From Planctomycetota bacterium (GTDB taxonomy: Bacteria; Planctomycetota; Uabimicrobiia; Uabimicrobiales; JABWCH01), in assembly GCA_017993505.1 (NCBI GenBank), contig JAGOMP010000005.1, positions 16,537 to 80,536 of the forward strand: a stretch of DNA of 64,000 nt. The letters run 5' to 3'. Shown piece after piece: positions 35,500 to 44,312 of this stretch (position 1 is the stretch's first letter; every line of letters starts with the position of its first letter). The notes beneath the pieces are model-generated. The model worked only from the letters and a program-made list of their open reading frames with translations. It made no database searches and was not told the DNA's origin. A program made the translations under genes and the position numbers.

Positions 35500-37410
35500 T
35501 TACCAAGTTGCCTCAAAATCTTTGACTGGAATTCGTTGCCCATTTTTATGGGTAAGTTCATGTATAATCATGCTCCAAAATCCTGATTTAGATTGTCGAA
35601 AATATGCAGAACAAATGGAAATATCTTTGGGGTCATAATTATGCTTTTTGCAAACAGTAGTTGATTTCCAAGCAATATAATCTGCTGTATTTGGTGGAAA
35701 TATAATAGCAAGGCTTAATCGTCCGTCTTGTGTGCTATATAATCTAGAATTATTTTGTATTGTTTGAATAATATGTGGAAATCCATATTCTGCTGCAATG
35801 GAACGGTTGGAAAAATATTTTTGTAAATATTGAAAATCCGTTCGTTTTTGATATTTGTTTGTGTTTGGTTCAATAGTAATAAAGTAATTGGCATTACTAG
35901 GATAAGCAATGAATTGCATTTTATGAAACTGCATAATTTGACGGAGATTTTGCTTAAAATCATTATCAAAAAAATCAAGTGCAGGAACAACTGCTCCTTT
36001 ATCTGCATTACTAGAAAATTTTTGAACTAGATTTTTATGATGTCCAATATCTCCTGCTTGTATTTGCTCTAAGTATTGCCATTGTTGTTGGATATTTGAT
36101 TTGGAATTTCCTTGTCTTTGGTACTGGGCATTTTGTTGTTGCAGGCTTAAGATTCTTTGTTCTAATTGTTTTTGTTGTGTAGTGTTTTGTTGCATTTCTT
36201 TTTGCATCTGTTGCAATTGTTGTTGCAATAGATGCTGTTTTTGTTCTGATTGTTGTATTTCTTGTTGTTTTTGCTCTTGAAAATCTTTTAAAGCTGTTGT
36301 GAGGTGACTGATTTGTGTTTCTTTTTCTAAAAGTCGTTTATTATATTCTTGTTTTGTTTTTTCAATGGTCAATTGTTGTTCTTGATGCAATTGTTGTAAT
36401 TTATTCGTTACTGTTTGTTTTAGTTGTTCTTCTTGTGCTATTTGTTGATTTTTTTCTTGTTGATTTTGTTGTTGCATTTGTTGCATTTGTTGTGCAAGTT
36501 GTTGCATTTGTTGCATTAATTGTTGATTTTGTTGTTTTTGTTCTTGATTTTGTTGTTGTAACTTTTGTATTTGTTGTTGATTTTGTTGCTGTACTTTATT
36601 TAATTCAGCAAGATGTTGTTGTTGTATTTGTTTGATTTCTTCATGTTTTTGTTGTGTAAGTTGATCAAGACGCTCTTCTAATTCCTTTCTATGTCTTTGT
36701 TCTTGCTCTTCCAATGCTTTTTCTAAATTTTCCTTATATATTGTCTTTTCTTTTTGTTTGTCTTCTTCTTCCAATTCTGGCTTAAGTTCTTCTTGTTTAG
36801 GTGGTCTGAGTTTTTCTTCGTCTTCTGTTTTTTCAGCTTTAGGTGCTATTTGTTCTTCTTTTTTCTCTTCTTGTGTTTGTTGTGCTTCTTCTGCTTTTTT
36901 CTTTGCTTCTTCTACTTTTTTCTTTTCTTCTTCTGCCTTTTTCTTATCTTCTTCTGCTTTCTCTTTTTCTACTTCTTCCAATCTTCTTTTTAATTCTTCT
37001 TGTTTTTTTTCTATTTCTTGTTTTGCTTTTTCTGCTGCTTCGATTAGGGGAGCAGGAACAGGGATAATTTTTGTAGGTTGTTGAATTACATTCACCTCTA
37101 CACTTGTGCTTAATTCAGCAAGGCTTGCTGTGACAGTATATGTACCGAGTTCTTTTGGTGCTGTGTATTTTCCTGATTCATCAATAGTGCCACCTGTTGT
37201 TGTCCAATGTACACGTACTGTTTGTGGATCCATCAAATCACCGCCATACATAGAAGCAGAAAATAAGAATGTTTCCTTCGGCATAATTTTTACAGAATTA
37301 GGTGTAATGGCAAGTTGCAAAGGATAATAAAAGCAATAATAATAGTGTATGATGCCTGATATGAATAAAAATATGCTATAGTACGCGTATGTTTTCAATT
37401 TTGTTTTCAT
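35500..37410 (-). CDS. N-terminally TM-anchored protein: Ig-like (Big_2-type) domain, K/E-rich then Q-rich long helical region, unknown C-terminal globular domain (TolA-like layout)
   Basis: TM YAYYSIFLFISGIIHYYYCFY. Ig-like VRVHWTTTGGTIDESGKYTAPKELGTYTVTA. EEKKKAEEEKKKVEEAKKKAEEAQ tract. About 200 aa Q-rich. Confidence 0.65.
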   Translation of the reverse strand: MKTKLKTYAYYSIFLFISGIIHYYYCFYYPLQLAITPNSVKIMPKETFLFSASMYGGDLMDPQTVRVHWTTTGGTIDESGKYTAPKELGTYTVTASLAELSTSVEVNVIQQPTKIIPVPAPLIEAAEKAKQEIEKKQEELKRRLEEVEKEKAEEDKKKAEEEKKKVEEAKKKAEEAQQTQEEKKEEQIAPKAEKTEDEEKLRPPKQEELKPELEEEDKQKEKTIYKENLEKALEEQEQRHRKELEERLDQLTQQKHEEIKQIQQQHLAELNKVQQQNQQQIQKLQQQNQEQKQQNQQLMQQMQQLAQQMQQMQQQNQQEKNQQIAQEEQLKQTVTNKLQQLHQEQQLTIEKTKQEYNKRLLEKETQISHLTTALKDFQEQKQQEIQQSEQKQHLLQQQLQQMQKEMQQNTTQQKQLEQRILSLQQQNAQYQRQGNSKSNIQQQWQYLEQIQAGDIGHHKNLVQKFSSNADKGAVVPALDFFDNDFKQNLRQIMQFHKMQFIAYPSNANYFITIEPNTNKYQKRTDFQYLQKYFSNRSIAAEYGFPHIIQTIQNNSRLYSTQDGRLSLAIIFPPNTADYIAWKSTTVCKKHNYDPKDISICSAYFRQSKSGFWSMIIHELTHKNGQRIPVKDFEATW

Positions 37411-37472
37411 TCTTCACCTTGATTCTAGTATTTTGCTTTTTAGAAATTTAAGTAAATTCTAACTCTGTTTTA

Positions 37473-37538
37473 TTTTTAGCTATGAATCTAGCTAAAAATC
37501 TGACTCTGTTTCTTCTAGAGTTATTCATAACTCTAGAA
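37473..37538. repeat. Two perfect palindromes in the exbD / TolA-like spacer
   Basis: TTTTTAGCTA-TGAATC-TAGCTAAAAA (37473-37498) and TTCTAGAGTTAT-TC-ATAACTCTAGAA (37513-37538). Each is preceded by RACTCTGTTT. Confidence 0.8.
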
Positions 37539-37573
37539 ACTTTTTTAAGGAACAATGTATTTGGAATCATCTT

Positions 37574-38002
37574 TTATTTGGATTCTACTTCGATTTGAAC
37601 ATAATCACTCAAGCCCACTTTCCCAAGAACAGCAAAAATTTCAATTAACCGGTTACTTGTAGAATTCGCATCAGGTCGAAGCACAATGACAGGAATTTTA
37701 TCTGGATCTTGATTTTGTTTCAATTGTTCTAGCGTTTGTTCAAGATTTTCTTCTGTTTCTACAGATTTTCCATTAAGATAAATTTTATTTTCTTTATCAA
37801 TCGTTAAGACATATTCTTGTTTTGCTTTATTTGGCATATTTTGCTGAACTTGTTTTTGTACCTTAGCAGCATTAATTTGGATATTGTCTTTTTTTACAGT
37901 AGAAACAAGGACAAAAAATATAAGTAAAATAAATAAAACATCTACCATTGTAGTTGTGGAAAGACCAATCTCATATTTTTTTTTGTCTTTTTTCTTTTTC
38001 AT
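37574..38002 (-). CDS. exbD: ExbD/TolR-family biopolymer transport protein
   Basis: TTMVDVLFILLIFFV TM signature, 142 aa. The ATG overlaps the exbB TGA (ATGA). Confidence 0.85.
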   Translation of the reverse strand: MKKKKDKKKYEIGLSTTTMVDVLFILLIFFVLVSTVKKDNIQINAAKVQKQVQQNMPNKAKQEYVLTIDKENKIYLNGKSVETEENLEQTLEQLKQNQDPDKIPVIVLRPDANSTSNRLIEIFAVLGKVGLSDYVQIEVESK

Positions 38003-38766
38003 GATGTTGCTCGAGAATGTGTGGGAATATCAGCTCGTACTTTTTTTTCTACTATGGGATGAGTAGATGGAATAGTAGATGGAATAAATATTGGTTGTTC
38101 TGGAAGTTGCTGTATGGGCTGAGAAGTATTTGCTATTTTTGCCTTGTTTTCATTATTTTTTTCTTGTTGTTCTAAAGTATCTTTTAAAGTTTGAAGATTA
38201 TTCGTTAATGCATTATCTAATTGATTTGTAAACTTTTGAAAAAGAAAAAGAGCAAGATAGGCAATAAAAAAAAGAATAATGCCACCTACTGTTGTATACA
38301 ATGCTGTAGCCAAAGAAAGTGTAATGCCTTTTGCATCTTCTGAAGCCATGCTTTTAAAGCTAAGAGAAATACCAACAACAGTTCCCAAAAGTCCTAAAGT
38401 TCCTGAAATATTCGCAATCAAAGAGAGCCAGTCTAAAAATTGTCGACTTTCCTCAATTTTTTCTTCTGCAATTTGTATGGCTTTTCGTTCTGCGATCTCT
38501 AGTGTCATATTTTGATAATGAACTAGGAATTGATACAATGTTTGAATCACAACATCTTTACTTTTTTCAGCAATGAATACTGCATCTCTAGCGCTAAATG
38601 GTTTTTTAAACATTTGTTTTAGAATTTTTTGTCGATTGCGCGATTGATAAAATAGATGAACCCAATAATAACCTCGTTCTAAAGCAAAGGCTGTAGCAAA
38701 AAAAGACAGTAAGACAATTGGAAGCATCCAAACAAGACCACCTTCTACAATATATGGATAAAACAT
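37999..38766 (-). CDS. exbB: MotA/TolQ/ExbB-family proton channel with P/Q-rich C-terminal tail
   Basis: Three TM segments. Conserved region SLIANISGTLGLLGTVVGISLSF...LATALYTTVGGIILFFIAY. About 60 aa tail QPIQQLPEQPIFIPSTIPSTHP. Confidence 0.85.
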   Translation of the reverse strand: MFYPYIVEGGLVWMLPIVLLSFFATAFALERGYYWVHLFYQSRNRQKILKQMFKKPFSARDAVFIAEKSKDVVIQTLYQFLVHYQNMTLEIAERKAIQIAEEKIEESRQFLDWLSLIANISGTLGLLGTVVGISLSFKSMASEDAKGITLSLATALYTTVGGIILFFIAYLALFLFQKFTNQLDNALTNNLQTLKDTLEQQEKNNENKAKIANTSQPIQQLPEQPIFIPSTIPSTHPIVEKKVRADIPTHSRATS

Positions 38767-38792
38767 TGTATTGATTCCTTTATATTTCTTAT

Positions 38793-39494
38793 TTATTTAA
38801 ATTGTTTTGCAAAGTTTTTATTTTCAAAACACTGTAAAGCACGGATTCCTTGCATCATTTTTTCTAGTTCAGTGAGTGGTCTTTGTGGTTTTGTTTGTGG
38901 ATTTAGATCTTGTTCTTGCGAAAGAACAATTTTATTAATTTTTTGTAATTCTTCTAAATTTTTGAGTCGTGCTTCTGTCTTATCTGTTTGACCTTTATAA
39001 AAATCACGATCACTTGTTAAATTTGCAACTTTATAGCGATATTCTTCTGCCATTTTTGCCAATTGTTGATTATATGTTTTTTCATCTAATAAACCTTGTT
39101 CTTTTGCTGATTTTAAGGCTTGAAAACGGCGGATATATTCTAATTTTACTTGACGTAATGTTGTTTCACTTTTGCCTAGGCTTTGTTGGTGTTGTTGTAA
39201 TAACTGGCGGTTCGATTCAATTCGTTTTTCTGTGGTACGAACTTCTGCTGCTTGTTGGTCATTGAGAATATCTTCATAATTTTTTAAAGCTTCTTCAAAA
39301 TACTGTGAAATTTGTTCACTTTGATCTTCGCTCAATACAGGAGGCAAACTTTGTTCTACTTGCTCTGAAGATGGAAGGTCAGAAGTAATAGTATTGCTTT
39401 TATTTATAAATTCATCAAAAGTCAAAGGTTGTTCTTGGCAATAGCTATGGGAGCAAAAAATAACAAAAATGCATAAAAAAATCATACTTTTCAT
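38793..39494 (-). CDS. Secreted coiled-coil protein (hypothetical)
   Basis: Signal peptide MKSMIFLCIFVIFCSHSYCQ. Heptad-rich, Q/E/K-rich. Confidence 0.6.
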   Translation of the reverse strand: MKSMIFLCIFVIFCSHSYCQEQPLTFDEFINKSNTITSDLPSSEQVEQSLPPVLSEDQSEQISQYFEEALKNYEDILNDQQAAEVRTTEKRIESNRQLLQQHQQSLGKSETTLRQVKLEYIRRFQALKSAKEQGLLDEKTYNQQLAKMAEEYRYKVANLTSDRDFYKGQTDKTEARLKNLEELQKINKIVLSQEQDLNPQTKPQRPLTELEKMMQGIRALQCFENKNFAKQFK

Positions 39495-39541
39495 GATAAT
39501 ATTTTTTAAGCAAAAGCTTAAGGACGCCTTTCTTCGCCCGA

Positions 39542-40570
39542 TTATTCTGGATCACTTGCAAAATATTCCATGGCTTTATCAATAGTGGGTGCAGATTGAA
39601 AGGGAGTTGTTTCAATTTGTTGCACAAGAGAATTTAAAATTTTTGTAGAGTCAGAAAATTTTGCCATATCTCGATTAATTTTTTCATGAACTTTTGAAAA
39701 TCCATCGACTTGGGCGTAAAGTAAAGCAAGTTTTTGTGTAATTTTAACGACAGCTCGGCTTCCATCACTGATTCCTTCATGGACAAGTTTTTGAACTCGA
39801 ATGGCATCAGCTTGTAATCGAATATTGTCTAATAAATATTGTTTTTCTGCTGCTAAGTTTTCAATTAAAGTGTCAAAAGATTGATGCAGAATAGAAAAAA
39901 TTTTAATTAAACCTTTTAAATTTTTTGAAAGTGTATCATAGTCTCTTTGATTTCTTAATCGACCATCTTTATATCTTGTACTAATATTATATTTACTATA
40001 AATACGACGAAATTCTTGCTGAAATTTTTCTTTTTTTTGTGGATCTTTACATGCTTTCCATTGTTTTGAAATAGAACGCAACTCTTTTTCTAATGCTTCG
40101 GTCTCTTCTTTATATTTTGCGACTTGTTGTTCTAAATCACCTACTTTAGAATCCATATAGCCACTAAATTGTTTTAATTTTTGATCCACTTCACTAAAAA
40201 CAGTCAATAAGACATCTTGGTCACTGACAATGGTATCTACATTAGAAACAATACTCTTTGCATATTTTGACATTTTAGCAGTAATGCGTGCTGCAAGAAC
40301 TTGGTCACCTGGATTTTTTAAATAATTTGCTAAATCTTCTTGCAAATCTTTATTGGCTTCCCCTAAAGATTCAATGAGTGGATCATAATTGCTCAAAGAC
40401 TTTTCAATGGTAGTGACTTCATCTTTAATAGACCATCTAGGTAGTTCTCGTGTGATGAAAACCCCTCGTTGTCCTAAATCTTGCCCATCTTCTTGGATAA
40501 CATCATCTTGGGCAAACACACTCATGCAAATCAACAATAAAAGTAAACTCAATATATTTTTTATGTTCAT
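39542..40570 (-). CDS. Secreted helical protein (hypothetical)
   Basis: Signal peptide LLLLLICMSVFAQ. Predicted long helices. No recognised motif. Confidence 0.6.
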   Translation of the reverse strand: MNIKNILSLLLLLICMSVFAQDDVIQEDGQDLGQRGVFITRELPRWSIKDEVTTIEKSLSNYDPLIESLGEANKDLQEDLANYLKNPGDQVLAARITAKMSKYAKSIVSNVDTIVSDQDVLLTVFSEVDQKLKQFSGYMDSKVGDLEQQVAKYKEETEALEKELRSISKQWKACKDPQKKEKFQQEFRRIYSKYNISTRYKDGRLRNQRDYDTLSKNLKGLIKIFSILHQSFDTLIENLAAEKQYLLDNIRLQADAIRVQKLVHEGISDGSRAVVKITQKLALLYAQVDGFSKVHEKINRDMAKFSDSTKILNSLVQQIETTPFQSAPTIDKAMEYFASDPE

Positions 40571-40586
40571 GGCATGTTCCTTTCTA

Positions 40587-41414
40587 TTAATTTGCTAAAA
40601 AGAAAGAATCACCGAATTGGGCATGGAGTGCTGCACGATCTGCAGGATCCACTTCTGGTAAAATAGCTTTGCATTTATCAATATTATTGGCAAGATAATA
40701 GGCAAGTGCTAAACTTTTATAATCATGGGATGTCACTTCATCACCTGCTTCTTTTGTCAAAGCAATATATTGTTCCATGAGTTCTGGAACATCTTTATTT
40801 TTATTTAAATAATGTAAAGCAAGTGCTTTATGATAAATCGCGAACCTTTGTATATTTTGAATTCCTTGTTTTTTAAAAGATCCTGGAGAAGTATTAAATA
40901 TTTCTAATGCTTGATTCAAAGCAAGAAGTGCTTCTTCATATTGTTCTAGCATATTTTTAATTTGACCATCTAAATAATATGCCATATATTTTTTAGATGC
41001 ATCTAATTTTTGAAAATCGTCTTTATTTAACGCTTGATCAATCATATTTTTTGCAGGTTTAACTTTATTTTGAATGAGATAAACACGCCCAGCATGAATA
41101 AGAGCAATCGTTGTTTTAGCGGCTTGAAAATCTTCCAATGCAGCTTCATATTCTTGTCTCTGAGCTTGGGCTCTACCCCGATTTACAAGTGCTACTTCAT
41201 CATCATTATGTTCTGCTAGCCATTGAGTATATAACTCAACTGCTTGGTCAAAATTATCTTGAGAAAATGCAGCGTTTGCTTCTTCCAATATTTGTGTGGA
41301 AGACGTTTCTTGAACAGGTCTTTCCAAATCTATAGGGCTTTCCTTACGTGCAGTTGTTGTTTGGCATCCTGTTACAATCAAAACAGCACATATCATGCCA
41401 ATGATTGTTTTCAT
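40587..41414 (-). CDS. TPR-repeat lipoprotein
   Basis: Lipobox IVTGC after MKTIIGMICAVL (start moved to ATG 41414; the track ORF extends to 41447). TPR-like A/Y/L periodicity. Confidence 0.7.
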   Translation of the reverse strand: MKTIIGMICAVLIVTGCQTTTARKESPIDLERPVQETSSTQILEEANAAFSQDNFDQAVELYTQWLAEHNDDEVALVNRGRAQAQRQEYEAALEDFQAAKTTIALIHAGRVYLIQNKVKPAKNMIDQALNKDDFQKLDASKKYMAYYLDGQIKNMLEQYEEALLALNQALEIFNTSPGSFKKQGIQNIQRFAIYHKALALHYLNKNKDVPELMEQYIALTKEAGDEVTSHDYKSLALAYYLANNIDKCKAILPEVDPADRAALHAQFGDSFFLAN

Positions 41415-41514
41415 ATTTTTCCCTTTCTTTGAGTTTTTTCCCATCATTTGTTATTGTGATGTTCTTTTTATATTATGCTAAAAAAAAAACTATTTGCAAA
41501 TTTTTTCATAAAAA

Positions 41515-42327
41515 TTATTCTATGGTTTTACTTTTATCTCGTAATTCATACAATAAAATGCCTCCAGCTATAGCTACATTCAACGACTCTACTTGTGGAG
41601 TCATTGGAATACAAATTTCTTGAACGTTTCGTTCTTGTAAAGATGGGGGCAACCCATGTGCCTCACTGCCTAAAATCAAAGCAATCTTTTCAGAGGATGG
41701 CGGTAATGAAAATTTTGTTTTTGCATGTGGCATAGTTAAAAAAATATGCACATGATTTTCTTGAAAATACGATAAACATTTTTCTAATGTAAGGCATATA
41801 ATTTGTATACGAAAAAAAGCTCCCATAGATGCACGAATAATTTTGGGATTATATATTTCTGTAGTGTCACCAAGCAAAATCACATGATTCCAACCAAATG
41901 CTTCAGCTGTACGAAGAAGCGTACCAATATTGCCAGGATCAGAAATATCATACAATACAAGAAAACGTTGTGCTTGAAAATACTCAGTCGATGCAATCAT
42001 ATTTTCTTGTCGTACACAGGCTACAATAGTCTGCGGATTGCAAGTATCTGTTAATTTATTTAATGATTCTTGCGTTGTTGTATATAGAACAATATTTTGT
42101 TCTTTTGCTTGTTGCAAAATTTCATGTGATTGTTCATGCATGAAAAATTTATCTGTCAAAATTAAAATAGAAACTCTATTTTTTTGACGTAAAGCCTCTT
42201 TACAAAGACGAACGCCTTCGACTAAGAATTCTTTGCGAAGGCGTCGTTGTTTTTTTTGTAAGAGTTCTCGATAATATGCTAACTTAGCTTTGCTAAGGGC
42301 TTCCATATTTCTTTTAATCTCTGTCAC
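41515..42327 (-). CDS. TrmH/SpoU-family RNA 2'-O-methyltransferase (RlmB-like)
   Basis: SPOUT motifs DPGNIGTLLRTAEAFG, ILGSEAHGL, IPMTPQVESLNVAIAGGILLYE. Alternative start at ATG 42306. Confidence 0.85.
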   Translation of the reverse strand: MTEIKRNMEALSKAKLAYYRELLQKKQRRLRKEFLVEGVRLCKEALRQKNRVSILILTDKFFMHEQSHEILQQAKEQNIVLYTTTQESLNKLTDTCNPQTIVACVRQENMIASTEYFQAQRFLVLYDISDPGNIGTLLRTAEAFGWNHVILLGDTTEIYNPKIIRASMGAFFRIQIICLTLEKCLSYFQENHVHIFLTMPHAKTKFSLPPSSEKIALILGSEAHGLPPSLQERNVQEICIPMTPQVESLNVAIAGGILLYELRDKSKTIE

Positions 42328-43027
42328 TACTACTTAAAATACGTAAAATATAAAGGAATAAATTGATAAAATCTAAGTATAATTGCAATGCAAACCCCAC
42401 ATAGTCATCTGATTGCCATTGGTGCAATATTCTAGAAGTATCATAAAGAATATATCCACTGAAAACTAAAACACCAAAATACGAATAAATTAAATTAACA
42501 ACAGGGGACATAGTAAAAAATATACTAATAATAGCTACTGCAATAAGTCCAAAAAGAGACATGGATAAAAATCCATGTAGGTAACTAAAATCTTTCTTTG
42601 TAATAAATACATACCCTGTTAAACCAGAAAAAGTAACTACTGTTAAAATCAAGGCTTCTTTAATAATGGCAACATTACCAATAGCTGTATAATATGCAAT
42701 GATGGGACTCAATGTTAAGCCAGATAAAAACGTAAATAATGCCAATGCAAGTAGATTAATACCAGGTTTTTTTCTTACCGTAATAGCAAATAAACATACT
42801 GCAACTTCAACAATGACAAACATAGTTTGGTATTGCAATACAGTGAGAAATATTGATTCTGTTAATCCAACAAAAACACCTAGCGTTGCCATAAGTAAAG
42901 ATGCAAAAAATGTAAGGTATACTTTACGAATAAAATTTAATTTTGCAAGAGTTGTGGAATTATATTCTTCAAAAGTTCCTTCTTCAAAATTATGCATAAT
43001 GGGGTTCATGAAAATCCTTTCTATCAT
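42314..43027 (-). CDS. BAX inhibitor-1 / YccA-family membrane protein
   Basis: Seven hydrophobic segments. YILYDT and LQLYLDFINLFLYILRIL C-terminal signatures. Confidence 0.85.
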   Translation of the reverse strand: MIERIFMNPIMHNFEEGTFEEYNSTTLAKLNFIRKVYLTFFASLLMATLGVFVGLTESIFLTVLQYQTMFVIVEVAVCLFAITVRKKPGINLLALALFTFLSGLTLSPIIAYYTAIGNVAIIKEALILTVVTFSGLTGYVFITKKDFSYLHGFLSMSLFGLIAVAIISIFFTMSPVVNLIYSYFGVLVFSGYILYDTSRILHQWQSDDYVGFALQLYLDFINLFLYILRILSSSDRD

Positions 43028-43269
43028 ATAAAATTATATTGTATCACTAATATCTATGGGATTATAGTGATAAATTATGTTTTAATACATACTAATTATA
43101 AATATATTTTAACAAAAATAAAATAAGAAAACAATAAAAACAATATATAAAAACACAAAGATAAATGCATTGATAAAATCAAATAATTTTGTTTAAATAA
43201 GTAATATAATTTTAAATAACTAATATAATATTCTTGACAATTTCAAAACAAATATTTTGAGGAAATTAT

Positions 43270-44181
43270 ATGACAGGGAAAAAGATTGCGTTGATCACTT
43301 CGATCCCTTCAGAAAATGATTTTTTACCTTTTCATTATGAATTACAAAAAATTGCATATGAAAAATATGGATATATAATTGATTTATATCGAAATGGTGA
43401 ATTTTTATGTTATTGGGCCAAGGGTGTTCAAAAACTTTTATATCATGGGAAAAATTTTTATGCAAAGCAATATGATGTTGCTTTTATTCGTCTAGCAATC
43501 AAAGCTTCTCATGGAGGCGACCATTATATTATTCGAGAATTTGAAGAAAATGGTGTATTGACCATCAATTCTTCTCAATCATTATTAATGGCACGAGATA
43601 AACTACATACATTGCAAAAATTAGCATATGCCAATCTTCCTATTACTCCTACTATTATTGTGCGTACTCGGGAACAAATTGAAAATGCTCTAAATATTTT
43701 CAATTCATCTTCTTACATCATTAAAAATGTTTTTGGATCAGGAGGACGTTGCGTTTTACAGGCATATACTAAAGCACAAGTATATTCTGTTTTTGACTAT
43801 ATTTGGCAACAAAATCGAAATGAAATTTTAATGATACAACCTTATTTAGGAACTCAACCTGTTGCTGATGTACGTGCTTTATATTTTAAAAAGAAATTTT
43901 GGCGTGCCATGGTTCGTACGGCACAAAAAGATGAATTTCGAGCAAATGTAAAATTAGGAGCTACTACAGAAGCTACAAATTTAACTTTAGAAGAAGAAGA
44001 AGTTTGTCAAAAAGCTGTAGAACAAATAGGGCTTGACTTGGCAGGCGTTGATTTTTTACGCACGCCTCAAGGTCCCTTTATATTAGAGATCAACGGCTGT
44101 CCTGGTTTCAGTGGTATTGCCTTAGCATATGCTAAACAAGGTATCTCTTTAGTAGATGAACTCGCACAACTACTGCAATAA
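43270..44181 (+). CDS. RimK-family ATP-grasp ligase
   Basis: ATP-grasp layout. IIKNVFGSGGRCV. GVDFLRTPQGPFILEINGCPGF. Confidence 0.75.
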   Translation: MTGKKIALITSIPSENDFLPFHYELQKIAYEKYGYIIDLYRNGEFLCYWAKGVQKLLYHGKNFYAKQYDVAFIRLAIKASHGGDHYIIREFEENGVLTINSSQSLLMARDKLHTLQKLAYANLPITPTIIVRTREQIENALNIFNSSSYIIKNVFGSGGRCVLQAYTKAQVYSVFDYIWQQNRNEILMIQPYLGTQPVADVRALYFKKKFWRAMVRTAQKDEFRANVKLGATTEATNLTLEEEEVCQKAVEQIGLDLAGVDFLRTPQGPFILEINGCPGFSGIALAYAKQGISLVDELAQLLQ

Positions 44182-44312
44182 ATCATACATTCTATAAATA
44201 CACACATACGAATAATCTTATTCTTACACTTTAAATAAAACTATTCGTATTTGTTCGATTTTTATCATTCAACTTAAAACGTAGCAATCAATTTCAACGA
44301 CCTGAATGCAAC

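Noticed and set aside
36315-37084. Several plus-strand ORFs rich in F/L/V/S/C (also 17273-17536 poly-Ser and 48161-48604)
   Set aside because: They are antisense shadows of K/E/Q-rich low-complexity coding sequence on the minus strand. GAA/AAG/CAA repeats read as TTC/CTT/TTG on the opposite strand. They have no independent start context.
37574-38766. Zorya-type (ZorAB) or flagellar-stator (MotAB) interpretation of the proton-channel pair
   Set aside because: The sizes (255 and 142 aa) and the ExbD-type single N-terminal TM with TTMVDVLFILLIFF fit ExbB/ExbD-TolQ/TolR. They do not fit the long-tailed ZorA or a peptidoglycan-binding MotB/ZorB. No ZorC/D-like genes are present.
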